A stretch of DNA of 57,221 bases from Vicugna vicugna (lineage: Eukaryota): contig MU058720.1 in NCBI GenBank assembly GCA_013265495.1, positions 1 through 57,221 on the forward strand. Direction: 5' to 3'. The notes under the pieces are model-generated. The model saw only the letters and a program-made list of their open reading frames with translations, had not been told where the DNA came from and ran no database searches. A program made the translations under genes and the position numbers. The first letter of the stretch is position 1; each line of letters opens with the position of its first letter. Shown here piece after piece: positions 12,815 through 26,004 of the stretch.

Positions 12815-13042
12815 AGAAAGAAAGTAGAATGGTGTTTGCCAGGGCTGGGAGAAGGGAGTCATGGAAATGTATTTATTGGTTCAGAGTTACTGTTTTGCAA
12901 GATGAATATGCTTCTGAAGAAGGATGGCGGTGATCCTGGCTAACAGGTGCACAACAATGCAAACATCCTCAATACCACTGAACTCTGCACTTAAAAATGG
13001 TTCAGGTAGTAAGTTGTATGTTTTATGTATTATATCCCAATA
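12815..13042 (+). mobile_element. L1MB-type 3' end
   Basis: 'agtagaatggtgtttgccagggctgg..ttttgcaagatgaa..gcacaacaatg..ccactgaactctgcacttaaaaatggtt' is the typical L1MA/MB terminus. Confidence 0.8.
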
Positions 13043-13527
13043 GTACATACAAGTATACACATATTTCCTTATTATTATTTGATACTTAGTTTGGTAACTA
13101 TGATTCTTTTAACATGTATCATAATTGCATTTAATTGGGAGAGTTAAATCAATAAATTTCTGACAATATGGGCTATATAAAAACATAAAATATCAATTAA
13201 ACGAAAAATTCTGTGTTTCAGTCATCTCTCTCTTTCACGTATCTGCTCAGTGACTAAATATTCATTGCTCTTTACACTCCTAACAATAGTGCATATAAAT
13301 ATACACATATTTCTTTATTATTATTTGATACTTAGTTTGGTAACTATGCTTCTTTTAACATGTATCAATATTGCATTTAATTGGGAGAGTTAAATCAATA
13401 AATTTCTGACAATATGGGCTATATAAAAACATACAATATCAATTAAATGAAAAATTTTGTGTTTCAGTCATCTCTCTCTTTCACGTATCTGCTCAGTGAC
13501 TAAATATTCATTGCTCTTTACACTCCT
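13038..13527 (+). repeat. Direct tandem duplication, ~244 bp units (period 246)
   Basis: 13038-13281 vs 13284-13527; about 10 mismatches by eye. Confidence 0.95.
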
Positions 13528-13849
13528 GTGTCTTTGGTTACCCAAAGGTCTTTTGAAGTTAAAATTTTAACAGCAAGACTTTGATCCTGTAATCGGGGGA
13601 ATTGTCATATAAATGTAATGCTCCTGGGCACTGAGCTTTGGCACGTATAATGTAAATCAGTGGGTAATCTTTTCTCCTGAATTATGTTTTGCTGATATTT
13701 GTGCAAAAAGAGGCAACACATGAATACCTTCCTCTTTACAGTGAATGCCTAGTCTATACCTTTGTATGAGCTGTCCATATAGCTAAACTAAGTTTTTTCT
13801 CTTCCTTTCTAACTGGAGAACAATCAGTAACATTTATTATGCAGATCCT

Positions 13850-14200
13850 TATCAGTTAAGCTAAAGCTAATAATGTAACAGATAAACTTTGAAAGCAGTG
13901 CTTTATAAAGAAATTGAAGTTTATTTCTCCCCCAGTGAAGTTTCCATTTTTGACTCTGATTAAGGCAATCATTCAGGCACCTAACCTGACAAGAGATTTG
14001 CCACTTTCAACAAGGTTTCACTGCACCAGTTGAAAGAAGAGGAAAACGTAGAGAATTATGCCAGAAATTTTGTTTAATGAGCTGAATTTAGGAGAGTGTA
14101 CATTTCCCAAGCACATCCAATTCCTTCAAAATCCTAATTACATGTCCACACCTAAGTAAAAGAAATGTATTAATTTCCAGCTAGTCAGTCTGTATCTTCC
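13850..14200. mobile_element. MaLR solo LTR (MLT1K/L-like)
   Basis: 'tcagttaagcta..tgtaaca..gaagtttatttctc..gcaatcattcaggcacc..cacatcc..attacatgtccacacctaa' resembles old MLT1 LTRs. Confidence 0.5.
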
Positions 14201-14234
14201 CTTGTCCTGTTACATATATTCTCTAATTTATATT

Positions 14235-14380
14235 TACAACAATCCAATAACATTAAATTTTATAGATGAGAAAACTGAGGCTTTAAGAGATTAAGCAGAT
14301 ACTCTAAGGTCATCAAACAAGTAAATGGTAGTTAGAAATGGGAGCCACGGATTTTCTGACGGTAAAACTCATACCATTGT
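14235..14380 (-). mobile_element. MIR SINE
   Basis: Antisense MIR core 'attttatagatgagaaaactgaggc..agagattaag..aaggtca..agtaaatggta'. Confidence 0.8.
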
Positions 14381-17300
14381 GGGTGCAAAATGAAATTTCA
14401 TTTACTAAGCACTTTATCCCTAGAAAAATGAGGAGGGCTAAAAGAAGCTGTGTTCCTTTGTGTGTGTGTGTGATAGGGGAGCAGGGGCGGGGGCAAGAAT
14501 TCATGTCATATTTTAAGGCCTTTCAGTTTAATCAGTCTGCTCAGGATTAAACATTGAGCTGAGGTGAAATGACAATAAGAGAGTGAAGGGAAGGAGAACA
14601 AATAAAATATATGTTAGTATATTTCCATTTCCATAGTACTCTTGGTGGAAAATGAGGCCAAGCCAAGATCTTACTGCTTTTCAAAGGAAAGGAAAGAAGC
14701 TATATAGTCTGAACATTAGCTGTCTTTTTAGAATTCTCATTTGCAAGGAAGGTCCTTACATTGCACCTACTCCATAACTTGCACGATGTCTTGATTAATG
14801 TGCATATTGAAATTGTCAAAAGTGAAACATCGTAACAATACCTTATAAAAGAATCCTTCTTCATGCATGGATAAATAGTTTGAGATCAGTGGTAGAAAGG
14901 AGGCTAGGTCACATTTTAGCAAAGACAACCATAACCTAATTCTCAACTAGTATTACGGCTAGCACAAATTCAGATGCCTCCTTGTGGCTCCTAGATTTAA
15001 GAAGACTAAAATTTTAATTAAAAGGGAAAAATGAGTATATGTCTGCCGTTTTGTTTTTTTTGATTCTTGTTATTCTTGAAGATGCTTTTACTCTCATATG
15101 AAATAAGTTTTTAAAAAAGATATGGAAAGCATGCATGTTACCACAAAGATGAGCTTGGCCATTATTCTCACTGTTCTCTTGTCACTAACCTATTCAGTAA
15201 ATAATGTTTCAAGGCACATTTTGACCCACTTGTCTTAAGTCAAAGCCATGTCAAAGGTTTTAAAACTGACTATATTAAAACTATTTAAATGCTCTAAAGT
15301 TCTAAACTGGCTTTGAAAGTGCTAATGTTTCAATGATCTATTTTGGAACTGGGGCTCTAATATGCTTACAGATTTGTTAACCAGATATTTACTTAACTTC
15401 CCTGATTCCCAGGATGTTTGCTTATTTTTAATAGTCTAATTGATAAATACAATTGAAAGGTTGACCAATTGCGTTAATCAAACAATTAAACTGGCTGGGG
15501 TATATATATATACAATTTTTCCAAAAATATCAAATGAATATTATTTACTCCCACATATATGTTGGAAGGATTCATTTCAGACAGCAGTCATTTTAAACAC
15601 AAGGAGCAGCACATTATTTTTCTATTATTTATTATGGTATTGTGAAATAATAGTAACTGTTAATTGAAATTATAATTGAATGCAAATATATGGAAATCAT
15701 ATCAGAATTTAGAAAAAATGTTTCCAAAATAAAACATGCAATATGTATAGAATATTGACAATGAAAAAACTTAAAATTACCTATGATAATTTTGATATTA
15801 ACAATGATTAAACCTATTAAAATTAGCAGAGATTTTCCCAAAGAGAATAAATGGGTACCAGCATTTCATCACTGATAGAAGTTTAATAGTCTGGCCTCCA
15901 AATATCAAATCTCATGCCCTTTGCATCAAGAAAAAAGTGAACCCTTGGGACATGGTGAAAACTCAATATTGCTTCATAGTTAGTATCAAAAACCCCAAAC
16001 AATTGTTTAGGGTAATATAGTTGCTGTCTCACTTGTACCAATAAAATATCACTTCATTAATTTTTTTCACATTTTCATAAATAATAAATTTTAGAATCAC
16101 TTTTCTTGGAATATTCATTTTCATATTTCTAAGTTGCTTCACTTTCTAGGATTACATGGCTTATAACTTCAATTTTAACTAACTTTGAATGGCTCAGAAC
16201 ATTTCTTAGATACTATGAAAGTTGTCTAGCCATGGTCTTAAAACCAAAAGCAAAGTGAAAATAGATGAATTTTTTAAAGTAACATAAAGCCAAGAAAAAC
16301 AAAGGAATACATGAAGGTGCCTACTATAGCAAAGACATAATTGTTGTGAGTTGAATTTCTCTCCAGCTTCAAAAATAGAAGTTATATGCTGCAGTGGGTA
16401 ATTGATACCATTTTAAGAATAAAGAAGCATGAAGCACATTTGCAACCAATAAAGTAAATATTTTTTAAAAAACACAGTAACATAATATTTGAAAATAACT
16501 GAATGGCTGAATCACCAATCATAACCACAAGGAAGTGACATGATTATTGATGTGGCTTCATGGTGAAAGTGGCAACTGCTGCATCAGGAAGGATGACAAA
16601 TGGCATGTCAGCCTTTTACTCTAAGCAAGTTGGTTAATTTATAGGAACACCGAGTAACAGCTGAACCACCTGTAGATGGAGAAGTTTTTGTTTTTTAAGT
16701 GCATTCTGACAACACTAACTGAATGTGAAACCAAATGACCGCCCACCACTCTGTCCTATCACCGCATCTGTGCCGTGCATTCATCTGTCCTTGTTACTTC
16801 CTTGACTTTATCAGCATGCAGTTTACAGTGAAAACAATAGTGAGAACCCCTCAAAGGTGGGAAAAAGAGTTATTTAAATTTTGTCCTTTACTCACTGTTA
16901 CATTTTCTAGAAGATTCATATGTTCTCACTGTAATCAGGAAAATAAAAACTTCACATCTTATTTATAAAACCGTAAGAGGAAAAAAGTCCCTTGAGTACT
17001 TAAAAAAACAGTGGACTGTGGTGTAGTTTTGCTTTCCTGGGCCTTTTCCCAAGATGGGAATCCTAACCACGCATGACCACTCTGAAGCTGAAATAATAAA
17101 AAAGTAGTTAATCTTTGCTTCCTATACTACCTCTGTAGAGCAGTGATACATATGTGAAAAGCAAATAAAAGGGATAAATAAACAAAGGTTCTGGTTTGAG
17201 CAGACATGTGTCAGAAACATGTTAGAAGCTTTTGTTTCTATCATAAGAAATCTCTCTGATTAATAAGATCAGTACAACAGCAACTGAAACACATTTCAGT

Positions 17301-20300
17301 GTTTAGAAGATAAATAAGAGTTGAGACTCCAAGTTACCCTTTTCAGTTATGAGAACAAGTTTGGCCATGTTAGCTGTTAATATCAAATAGAATTAATTAT
17401 CAAGGAGAGAGTTCTGGAAGTCCAGTTATTTCATGCTTTAAGTACCAACTTTTGTGATCCCTAATCAGACCTTTTTAGTTGTTGAAAATAATTATTTCCC
17501 TCTTAGACTACTTATTATTTAAATTTTTTCTCATTCCAATATGCAAAATTTCTCCCATTGAGCTTATAGAAATATAAAATATATGGAATTATATTGGAAT
17601 CCCGTTACTAATTTTAGTCAGATAGTATCTACAAGTATATAATAGGTATTTGAAATGCAGTGTTTCTTTTTAAAATTTATGTCATAAAATATATTGACAA
17701 TATTTTAATATTAAGGAAACATCAACATAAAATTTTATTAGTTTTAGATGTGCAACATAATGATTTGATATGTGTAAACACTGCAAAATGATTACCAGAA
17801 TAAGTTAACTTCCATTACCACACAGTTATAATTCTTTTTTCTTGTGATGAGAACATTCAAATCTACTCCCTGAGGAACTTTCATATTTACAATATGTTAT
17901 TAACTATAACCACTGTGCTGTCCATTACATCCCTAGGACTTACTTATCTTATAAGGAAGTTTGTACCTTTTGGCCACTTTCCTCCATTCCTGGCCCCTGT
18001 TCTGGCAACCACAGTGTGTCATCTGCATCTTTGAGTTTGGCTTTTTTAAAACAGTCGATATATGAGTTAGATCATACAGTATTTGTGTTTCTCTGTCTGC
18101 CTTATTTCACAAAGCATAGTATCCTCAAGACTGACCCATGTCCTTGCAAATGACAGAATTTTCTTTTTATAGCTGATTAATATCCCATTGTATATGTATG
18201 ACATTTTTCTTCATGTCTCTGCTGATGGACACTTAGATTTCTATGTCTTGGCTGTTCTAAACAATGCCACAGTGAACAAAGAGATGCAAGACACTGCTTC
18301 AACATAGTATTTTGTTTCCTTCAGATAAATACCTGGAAATGAAATTGCTGGACCACAAGACAGTTACACTTTTAATCCTGCATACTGCTTTCCATAGCAG
18401 GTACAACGAGTTCGCATTCCCACCAACAGTGCGTGAGGGCTCTCTCTCCTTCAGCTCCTGCCCAGTACGTGTTATTTCCTGTCTTCTGAGTAATCGCCAT
18501 TCTAACAGGTGTGAGGTGATACCTCATTGTGGTTTTGAATTGTGTTTCCCTGATCATTAGTGATGTTTAGCACCTTCTCATGACCACATCAGATAAATGA
18601 CTTGTAACTGTTGTCTCCCATTCTTTAGGTTTCATTTTCATTTTCTTCAGGTTTGCTTCACTGGACAGAAACTTTACTTGATATAGTTCCACTTGTTCAT
18701 TTTTGTTTTTATTGTCTTTGATTTTGGTCAAATCCAAAAACAAACAAACAAAAAAATGAGCGCCTGTATCTCCCTGATTGATTTGAGAATGTTGAACCAC
18801 TTTGCATCCCTGAAATAAATCCCACTTCATTATGGTGTATGATTTTTTAAATGCAGTTTTGAATTCAATTTGCTAATATTTTGTGAAAGATCTTTGCATC
18901 TATGTTCTTCAGGGATATTGGTCTGTAATTTCCTTTCTTGTGGCATCCTTGTCTGGTTTTGGTGTCAGATAATGGTGACCTTCTAAAATGTGTCCAGAAG
19001 TATTACCTTTTATTCTTTTATTTTTTGGAGGAATTTGAGAAGGATTGGTATTAGTTCTTCTTTAAATGTCTAGTAGAATTCACCAGTAAAGCCATCTGGT
19101 CCTGGACTTTCAGTCTCCTTACTAGTCATAGATCTTTTCAGATAGTTTTCTGTTTCTTTATGATTCAGTTTTGATAAGTTGTTTTTTTCTGGCAAATGAT
19201 CCACTTCTAATTGTCCGATTTGGTGTATATTTTTTATAGCAGTCTTTTATGATGCCTTGTATATCTGGGGTATTGGCTTTAATATCTTCTCTTTCATTTC
19301 TAATTTTATTTATTTGATTTCTCTCTCTTTTCTTGATGATCTAGCTGAAGTTTTGTTTATTTTGTTTATCTTGTCAAAACACCAGCTCTTACTTTCATTG
19401 GTGGTGGTGGTTTATTTGTTTGCTTGTTTTTACCGTATTTCTGTCCCTGTTTTACTTATTTCTGCTCTGATCTTTATTTCCTTCCATCTACTGGTTTTGA
19501 GCTTAATTTCTTTTTTTTTTTCTAGTTCCTTAAGGTTTAAAGTTAGGTTGCCTGAGATATTTCTTTCTCTTAATGTTGGCTTTTATGGCTGTGGACTTCC
19601 TTCTTAGAACTACTTTGGCTGCATCCCATAAGTTTTGATATTATGTGTTTCCATTTTCATTTGTCTCTTGATAATTTTTTATTACTCTTTTGAGTTCTCA
19701 TTCGACACATTGGTCATTCAGTAGCATGTTGTAGAATCTTCACGTATTTGTGAATTTTCCACTTTTCTTCTTGTACTTGGTTTCTAGTTTCTCACCATTG
19801 TGGTTGGAAAAGAGGATTGATATGATTTCAGTTTAAGTTTATTAAGACTTCGTTTGTGGCTTAACATATGATCTATCATAGAGAATGTTATGTATGCTTG
19901 AGAAGAATGTGTATTCTGCTGTTTTAGGATGGAATTTTCTATAAATAACTGTTAATTTCATCTGTTCTAACATGTAATTTAAGACAATGTTTCCTTATTG
20001 ATTTCTGTCTGAATGATCTATCTATAGATGAAACTGTGGTATTGGATTCCCCCACCATTATCACATTGACTTCTATTTTTCCCCTTTGTTCTGTTAATAT
20101 CACCTTTATATATTTAGGTGATCCTTTGTTGGGTGCATAAACGTGTGCAATGTACAGTCTCTTGTTGGATAGACTCCTTTATCCTTATATACGGACATAA
20201 TTTTGTTTCTCGTTACAGTCTTAGGCTTAAACCCTCCTTTTTTCCTGCATAGCAACCCGGATTCATTTTGGCTTCTATTTACATACAATGTCTTTCTCTA

Positions 20301-20904
20301 CCCCCTCTCTGTCAGTCTGTGTGCATCCTTAGAGCTGAAGTGAGTCTCTTGTCGGCAGCATATACTTAAATCTGGAATGTTTAAAAAAATTTATAGAGCC
20401 ATTCTCTATCTTTTGATTGGAGAACTTAGTTCATTTAAATTTGAAGTAATCATTGGTAGGTAGGGACTTCCTGCTATTTTAAAAACATGGTTTTCTGGCT
20501 ATTTTTCTAATTCTTTTGTTTCCTTATCATTCCTGTTCTCTTTCACTGTGATTCGGTAACTTTCAATGTAGTATCTTTAGATTCCTTTCTCTTTATCTTT
20601 AATATGTCTACTATATGTTTTTCCTTTGTGATTTCACGAGGTTTGCATAAAACAGAGCTATAACAGTCTGTTTAAAGCTGTTAAAATCTTACGTGTGTAT
20701 GCATTCTAAAGCTCTATAATTTTAATCCCTCTTCATGTTTTATGTTTTTGATGTCACAGTTTACATTTTTTTATTTTGTGTATTCATTTAAAAGTTTTTG
20801 TATTATAGTCATTTTACTACTTTTGTCTTTTAACTTTTATACTACATTTATAAGTGGCTTACCCATCACCATTATAACAGTAGATTATTCTGAGTTTAAC
20901 AGTA

Positions 20905-21117
20905 CACTTGACTTTTGAACAACATGAGGGCTGGGGGCTTTACCCGCCTCACAGTCTAAAATCTGTATTAAACTTTATAGTTAGACCTCCATCTCTGCAG
21001 TTTCGTGCACATGGATTCGGCCAAGCACAGATCATGCAGTACTGTAGCACATACGTTTTTTAAAATGAATGTGTAAGTCAAGGTACAGAGTTCAAACCCA
21101 TGTTCATAGGTCAACTG
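20905..21117. mobile_element. TcMar-Tigger MITE (MER8/Tigger2a-like) inserted in L1
   Basis: Terminal inverted repeats 'cacttgacttttgaacaacatg' / 'catgttcataggtcaactg' (consensus cagttgacccttgaacaaca), with TA on both sides (20903-04, 21118-19). Confidence 0.85.
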
Positions 21118-21332
21118 TATATTTACATTTTCTACAGATACTTACACTGTTTTGCTGTTACTAATTAGCACCCTTTCTTTTCAATGTAAAGAAGTCCCTT
21201 TAACATTTTTTTGTGTGGCTGATCTAATGATGAATTACTTTAGCTTTTACTTACCTGGAAAACTCTGATCTCTCCTTCAATGCTGAAGGACAGCTTTGCT
21301 GGGTAAAGTACTGTTAGTTGGCAGGGTTTGGG

Positions 21333-21385
21333 CTTCCTCCCTCCCTCCCTCCCTTCCTCCCTTCTTTCCTTCCCCTCTCCCCACC
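21333..21385 (+). repeat. CT-rich low-complexity tract
   Basis: cttcctccctccctccctcccttcctcccttctttccttcccctctcccc seen directly. Confidence 0.8.
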
Positions 21386-22476
21386 AGGACTTTGAATATT
21401 CTATGCCGCTTCTTTCTGGCCTGCTAAAAAAATCTGCGGATGGCCGTCTGGGGGTTTACTTGTATATAACAATTAGTTTTTGACTTTCTGCTTTTAAGAT
21501 TCTCTCCTTGTCTTTAACTTTTAACACTTTAAGGATCGTGTGTTTTGCTGTGAGTCTCATTGGTTTTACCTTCTTTGGAATCTAGGGGCTTCCTGGTTTT
21601 GGAATTCTGTTTCTTTTCCCAGGTTCGGAAAGTTTTCAGACATTATTTCTTTTAATAAGTTCTCTACCTCTTTGTCCGTCTCTTCGTCTTCCAGAATTCC
21701 CATAATGGGAATATCTTCCATATGTTTATGTCCCATAAGTCCCTTAAGCTGTCTTTGCCTTCTTTTAATATTTTTCCTTTTGCTCTTCTGTATGAATTCC
21801 ACTTTCCTGTCTTTGAACTTTGGATCCTTTCTTCTACTTCACCTCGTCTTCTGTTGAGCTCTTTTATTGAATTTTTCAGTTTTGTTACTCCATTTTTGAT
21901 CTTTTTGATTTTTGTTTGCTATGTTCTTATATTTTCTGTCCCTTTGTTGAAATTCTTACTTTGTTCGTACATTGTTCTCAGGAGAAAGTAAGAATTTGTG
22001 GGCATTTTTATGACCATATTTTGAACATTTTTTCAGGTAAATCACTTATCCCCATTTCATTAAGGTCTTTACCTGTGATTTTATTTTTCAGTTGGAAACA
22101 TATTCCTCTCCTCCTTCATTTTCTGTGATCCTTGCTGTGTTTGTTTTCTATACATTAGATAAAACTGCCACTTCTAGGCTTGAAGGACTGGTCTTAAATA
22201 GGAGATGAAACTTGCCATCCAGCCCTGCCCTAGCTCTTGCTCATCTCTCAAACTTTTGTGAATGTCCAAGCAGCCTTCTCTGTCCTTAGTGGTACCCAGT
22301 AGTTGAGGATGCACCAAACAGCAGGATCTCTGTCAGCCCCTAGACGGAGGCTGATTGGAAGCTGGACCCTCAGGTAGGAGCTTTAAAGTATGTAAATATA
22401 CCTCTTTCTAGGGAATACTGGTCAATGGGTGTTTCTGTCTGATTCCTCTGTATGTATCCATTTAAGAACTATGTCT

Positions 22477-22570
22477 GGGTGAGGGATTAGCTCAGTGGCA
22501 GAGCACATGCTTAGCATGCAAGAGGTCCTGGGTTCAATCCCCAGTGCCTCCATTAACTAAAAAATAAAAG
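22477..22570 (+). mobile_element. tRNA-derived SINE (camelid Vic-1-like)
   Basis: 'gggtgagggattagctcagtggcagagcacatgcttagcatgcaagaggtcctgggttcaatccccagtgcctcc' plus an A-rich tail; Pol III A-box and B-box present. Confidence 0.85.
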
Positions 22571-25500
22571 GAGGATAACAATACTGTCCTGTTAATCCCG
22601 TGAACACAAGCCCTGCTAGCAATGGAACCAGGCTGTCAAGGGATGTGTCCTTGGTAAGGGATGTGTGTACAAGCATCTTTCTTTTACCAGTGACCTGCGA
22701 CAGGGCAGAGAAAGAGCACAAAGGCAGCACCCACTGGCCTGCCTGGTTTTTGGAGAGAATGCAGTTGGATCCTAGCTGTGTGTTGAATTAGAAGCCCTGA
22801 CCCTCAGGGTACAGCTTTAACGTTAAGCAAATAGGTCTCTTTCATGGAACTACTGGGCAGGTTTGTCTGCTGCCTCTGCACTGGGCTTGGGGCACAGCCC
22901 CAGTGAGTCCTCATGTGCCCCTTGAGACTTTCTCAGTCTGTTATACCCTTGTGTGCCTCATGGAGGCAATTCCCACTGGCTTTCAGAGCTAGATGTTTTG
23001 GGGGCCCATCTGTCAGGGGAAAGTCTTAAAAGTTGGGATGTCAGATGTGGAGTCCAAACCTTCTGCTCCTCAAGGAGAATCTGGAGTTGCGAGTTCCCTC
23101 CTGGTGGTGTGTGACCGTGCCGGGGGTGAAGTGATGACAAGATTGTGTCTGACCTTCTACTACACTTTACGATGTGGTGATTTTCTTATTGTTCCACTGA
23201 GCTACTTTCTGAGTTCTTTTTCAGAGGGAACTGTTCCATGTGCAGCCATAGATTCATTGTGTCCATGGGAGGAGGGGAGCTTGGGAGACTCCTATGTCAC
23301 CATCTTCTGTTCCTTTTTATTTGATGACTTATGCCATGAACTGCCTATAATTGTAGCACATGTGTAAGCTTTAGACTATCTTATGACAGAATTCAGAAAT
23401 GCTGAGTAATCCCTCTTGTTTTTATTTGATATCTCTTCCTGGAATGTTCCATAAACAATTAAAAATAGAAACATACATACACATAGTGGAAAGAGTTGGA
23501 AAGGAAAGACTGATACATACGTCTGTACTTGCTTATAGACGTAATTGCCTCTGACTTGATGGGAAGGAACATGGAGCCTTCACTGAGTTAATTGAACCCT
23601 AGCTTTTGGGCCTCCATCTCTCAGAAGATACTGTTTTCAAAGTCAATATGCTATCGTGCTTTGGGCAGGTAATGACTTTTCTTCATATAAGTTTTTCTCT
23701 TTTTTCTTTTGGTTGTCAACTTTTGGGAAAAGTAAAGTGGTGAGTTGGATTTTAAAGATTTAGTATGTAAGGGAGCAGTGGTAGTTTAATCATTCTGTGT
23801 AGAAAATCAATCTCAATATTGGTAGGCTCCCACCTTGCTAACCCTATTGGTTTTCTGCTTACTCTGATTTCCTCCGACAATGTCATCATTATGTGATTGC
23901 ATGGAAAACACCAAACGTTTTAAGTTATATCTGCTCCATAAAAGCACCTCAGTTTTTATTTCTAAGATGAAAAGTTCAAGCCATCCAGCTTTTCTTCCCA
24001 GCTATTATTCTGTCTGTTTCTGTAATGAGGTATTGAAAGAAATAATAAAAACTGTGCCAACTGAATGAAGTGCAAACCCAGGGTACCTCAAGGACCCTGT
24101 GAGGCTGGAGCCGTGACTATTGGGAAAGGTGAGCGTGGGGTTCATCCAGAAGATACGACTGCTGTGTTGGGTGCTCTGTCCACATCTGGTGGTGACATCG
24201 ATGCATGACATTTCATTTAGGTTCAAATGTTATATTTACACTTGATTCCTTGTTTGGTCCTATGAAGAGGTGAAATTATAAAAAATAAAGTATGAAGAAT
24301 TTTTTTCTAAAACCATTATTGAAATCAGTAATGATTCCCTCAGCCTCTATAGAAGGCACATGAAGTCAGTTTAAAATGTGCTGCTGAAATAATTCCTCTT
24401 TTAAAAATCATCCTTCTCCTGAGGAAGATGTTAAATAATTTTCTTGACATGTCACATCTTCTCTTTTCATTCTGTCTGATACCAGATTCTTCATACTCAT
24501 CCACTCCGAGGTCTACTTAACTCTTCTTGTTTCTCACTCATTTTTTCCTATCTTTTTTCATGTGTTTAGGAATTAGGTTCCTATTAAGAATTGACTCAAA
24601 CTTATAATTCTTTTCCTTCATATCTTTGTATTCTTTACTCCTGCCCATTTCATTTGACGTCTTTTCGATGACATTTCCACACTCAAGATAAATCCCCAGT
24701 TTGTCTACGTCATGGTGAACCCCCATCTATTTTCTGTGGTAGTTTTGCTTATTCTGAAGTGATCTCATTCTCATTGCCTTGACACCGCCTTATTTAAACT
24801 TGTCCAGAATCATAGGTTTTTGTTTCCCCCCCAACCTTCTGATTGTTTTTGACTGCTCCCTAATTGTTCTCTCGACTGCTATTTCCTGGGGCTGTTTCTC
24901 TTTATTTTTCGCTTTCCCATTGAGATGATGTCTGTTTAAAAGTAGGTGAAAGCTGAAGCTTTAGTAACAGTTGTAGTTTCAAATCTGGTACAGTTAAATG
25001 CCAGCTTCCACCAAACTCTATTTTGGGAAACATATAATAGAATATAGGGTCAGTTCTAGAACATGGTCAGTTACTGGTCAAATATTGTGACTAAGGTTGT
25101 TAGATCTTCAAAATCAGAGTAAAGTATCTGAAAAGAACACTCAGTTACAGGATATACCTGAATCTCTTGCTCCATTCTTTAAGTCATCAGTAACCCCTCA
25201 TCATTTTTATTCCTCAATATGGAAATAGCCACTGACAGAGAAAAACAACTGTTAGATATGCAGCAGTTCAGTGCTGAAAGAAAGCATGCTCGGTGTCATC
25301 TTCATACAGACTCCAGACTATTTGTGGTGGCTACATGGATCATGTTAGGAGGGAGTCTGAAGTCAGAGTTAGTATCAGCCCGGAAGACTACTGAGATTCA
25401 TCAGTGATACCAGTGGTACTTGCCTCAGTCCTGGGGACTGAGACTGATACTAAGTGCTGACTTTATCATCCTTCATCCAAGAAGAAAACAACTGAGGTCT

Positions 25501-25579
25501 TTGTTAGGGGAAACTGTGAATAATGACACATATGAATGAAATTGTCAATGATGTGGAAAATTACTTGGAAAGAGAGTTT

Positions 25580-25860
25580 TGAAGGCAGATAGCAAGGAAC
25601 TAGTAATGAGTCTTTTGTCATAGGGAAAACCTAGAAAGAAAGCATAAATTAAAATCATCAGTGGAGATGAAGAGGGAATGATGGTTCAGAGAGTTTACTC
25701 ACTATTAGAATGGGTTTGAATTAATCCTAGATTAGACGTGGAGGATGAGGAAGAAAGGAGTTAAGGAACACACTTAGATTTATTGCTAAAATGATAGTGT
25801 TAGATCACTGGGAATATATAAGAAAACAAAGGGCCTGTAGAGATAAGGCAGATACTCTGT
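25580..25860 (-). mobile_element. L2 remnant
   Basis: 'cagtggagatgaagagggaatgatggttcagaga..gattagacgtggaggatgaggaagaaaggagttaagga' resembles antisense L2. Confidence 0.5.
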
Positions 25861-26004
25861 TCTGAATAACCCTACTCCACATTTTGGTTGCTGTTCATTA
25901 TACTTTATTTTTACTAATTTTTAATGACACCAATACACACACTCTGTTAAAAAAATAAGAAAATAAAATTAAATAATGGCTTAAGTCCATTTAATAACTT
26001 TTTG

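Larger units (their letters stand above)
17670..23310 (-). mobile_element. Near full-length decayed L1 (L1MA9-like) with internal deletions and nested insertions
   Basis: In order on the minus strand: 5' start 'agaagatggtgacatagg' (~23308), 5'UTR, ORF1 (21566..21802 'IMGILEDEE..VENLLKEIMSENFPNL'), ORF2 pieces (18372..18557 'IIRETQFKTTMRYHLTPVRMAI'), and an L1MA9-type 3'UTR at ~17730-18300. Confidence 0.9.

Noticed and set aside
19257..19607. Hydrophobic membrane-protein-like ORF (also 10454..10735 and 21540..21991)
   Set aside because: Antisense frames of A-rich L1 ORFs typically read as Phe/Leu/Ile-rich.
22477..22552. tRNA gene (also 42356 and 42648)
   Set aside because: A/B boxes are present, but the acceptor stem is degenerate and an A-rich tail follows; these are SINEs.
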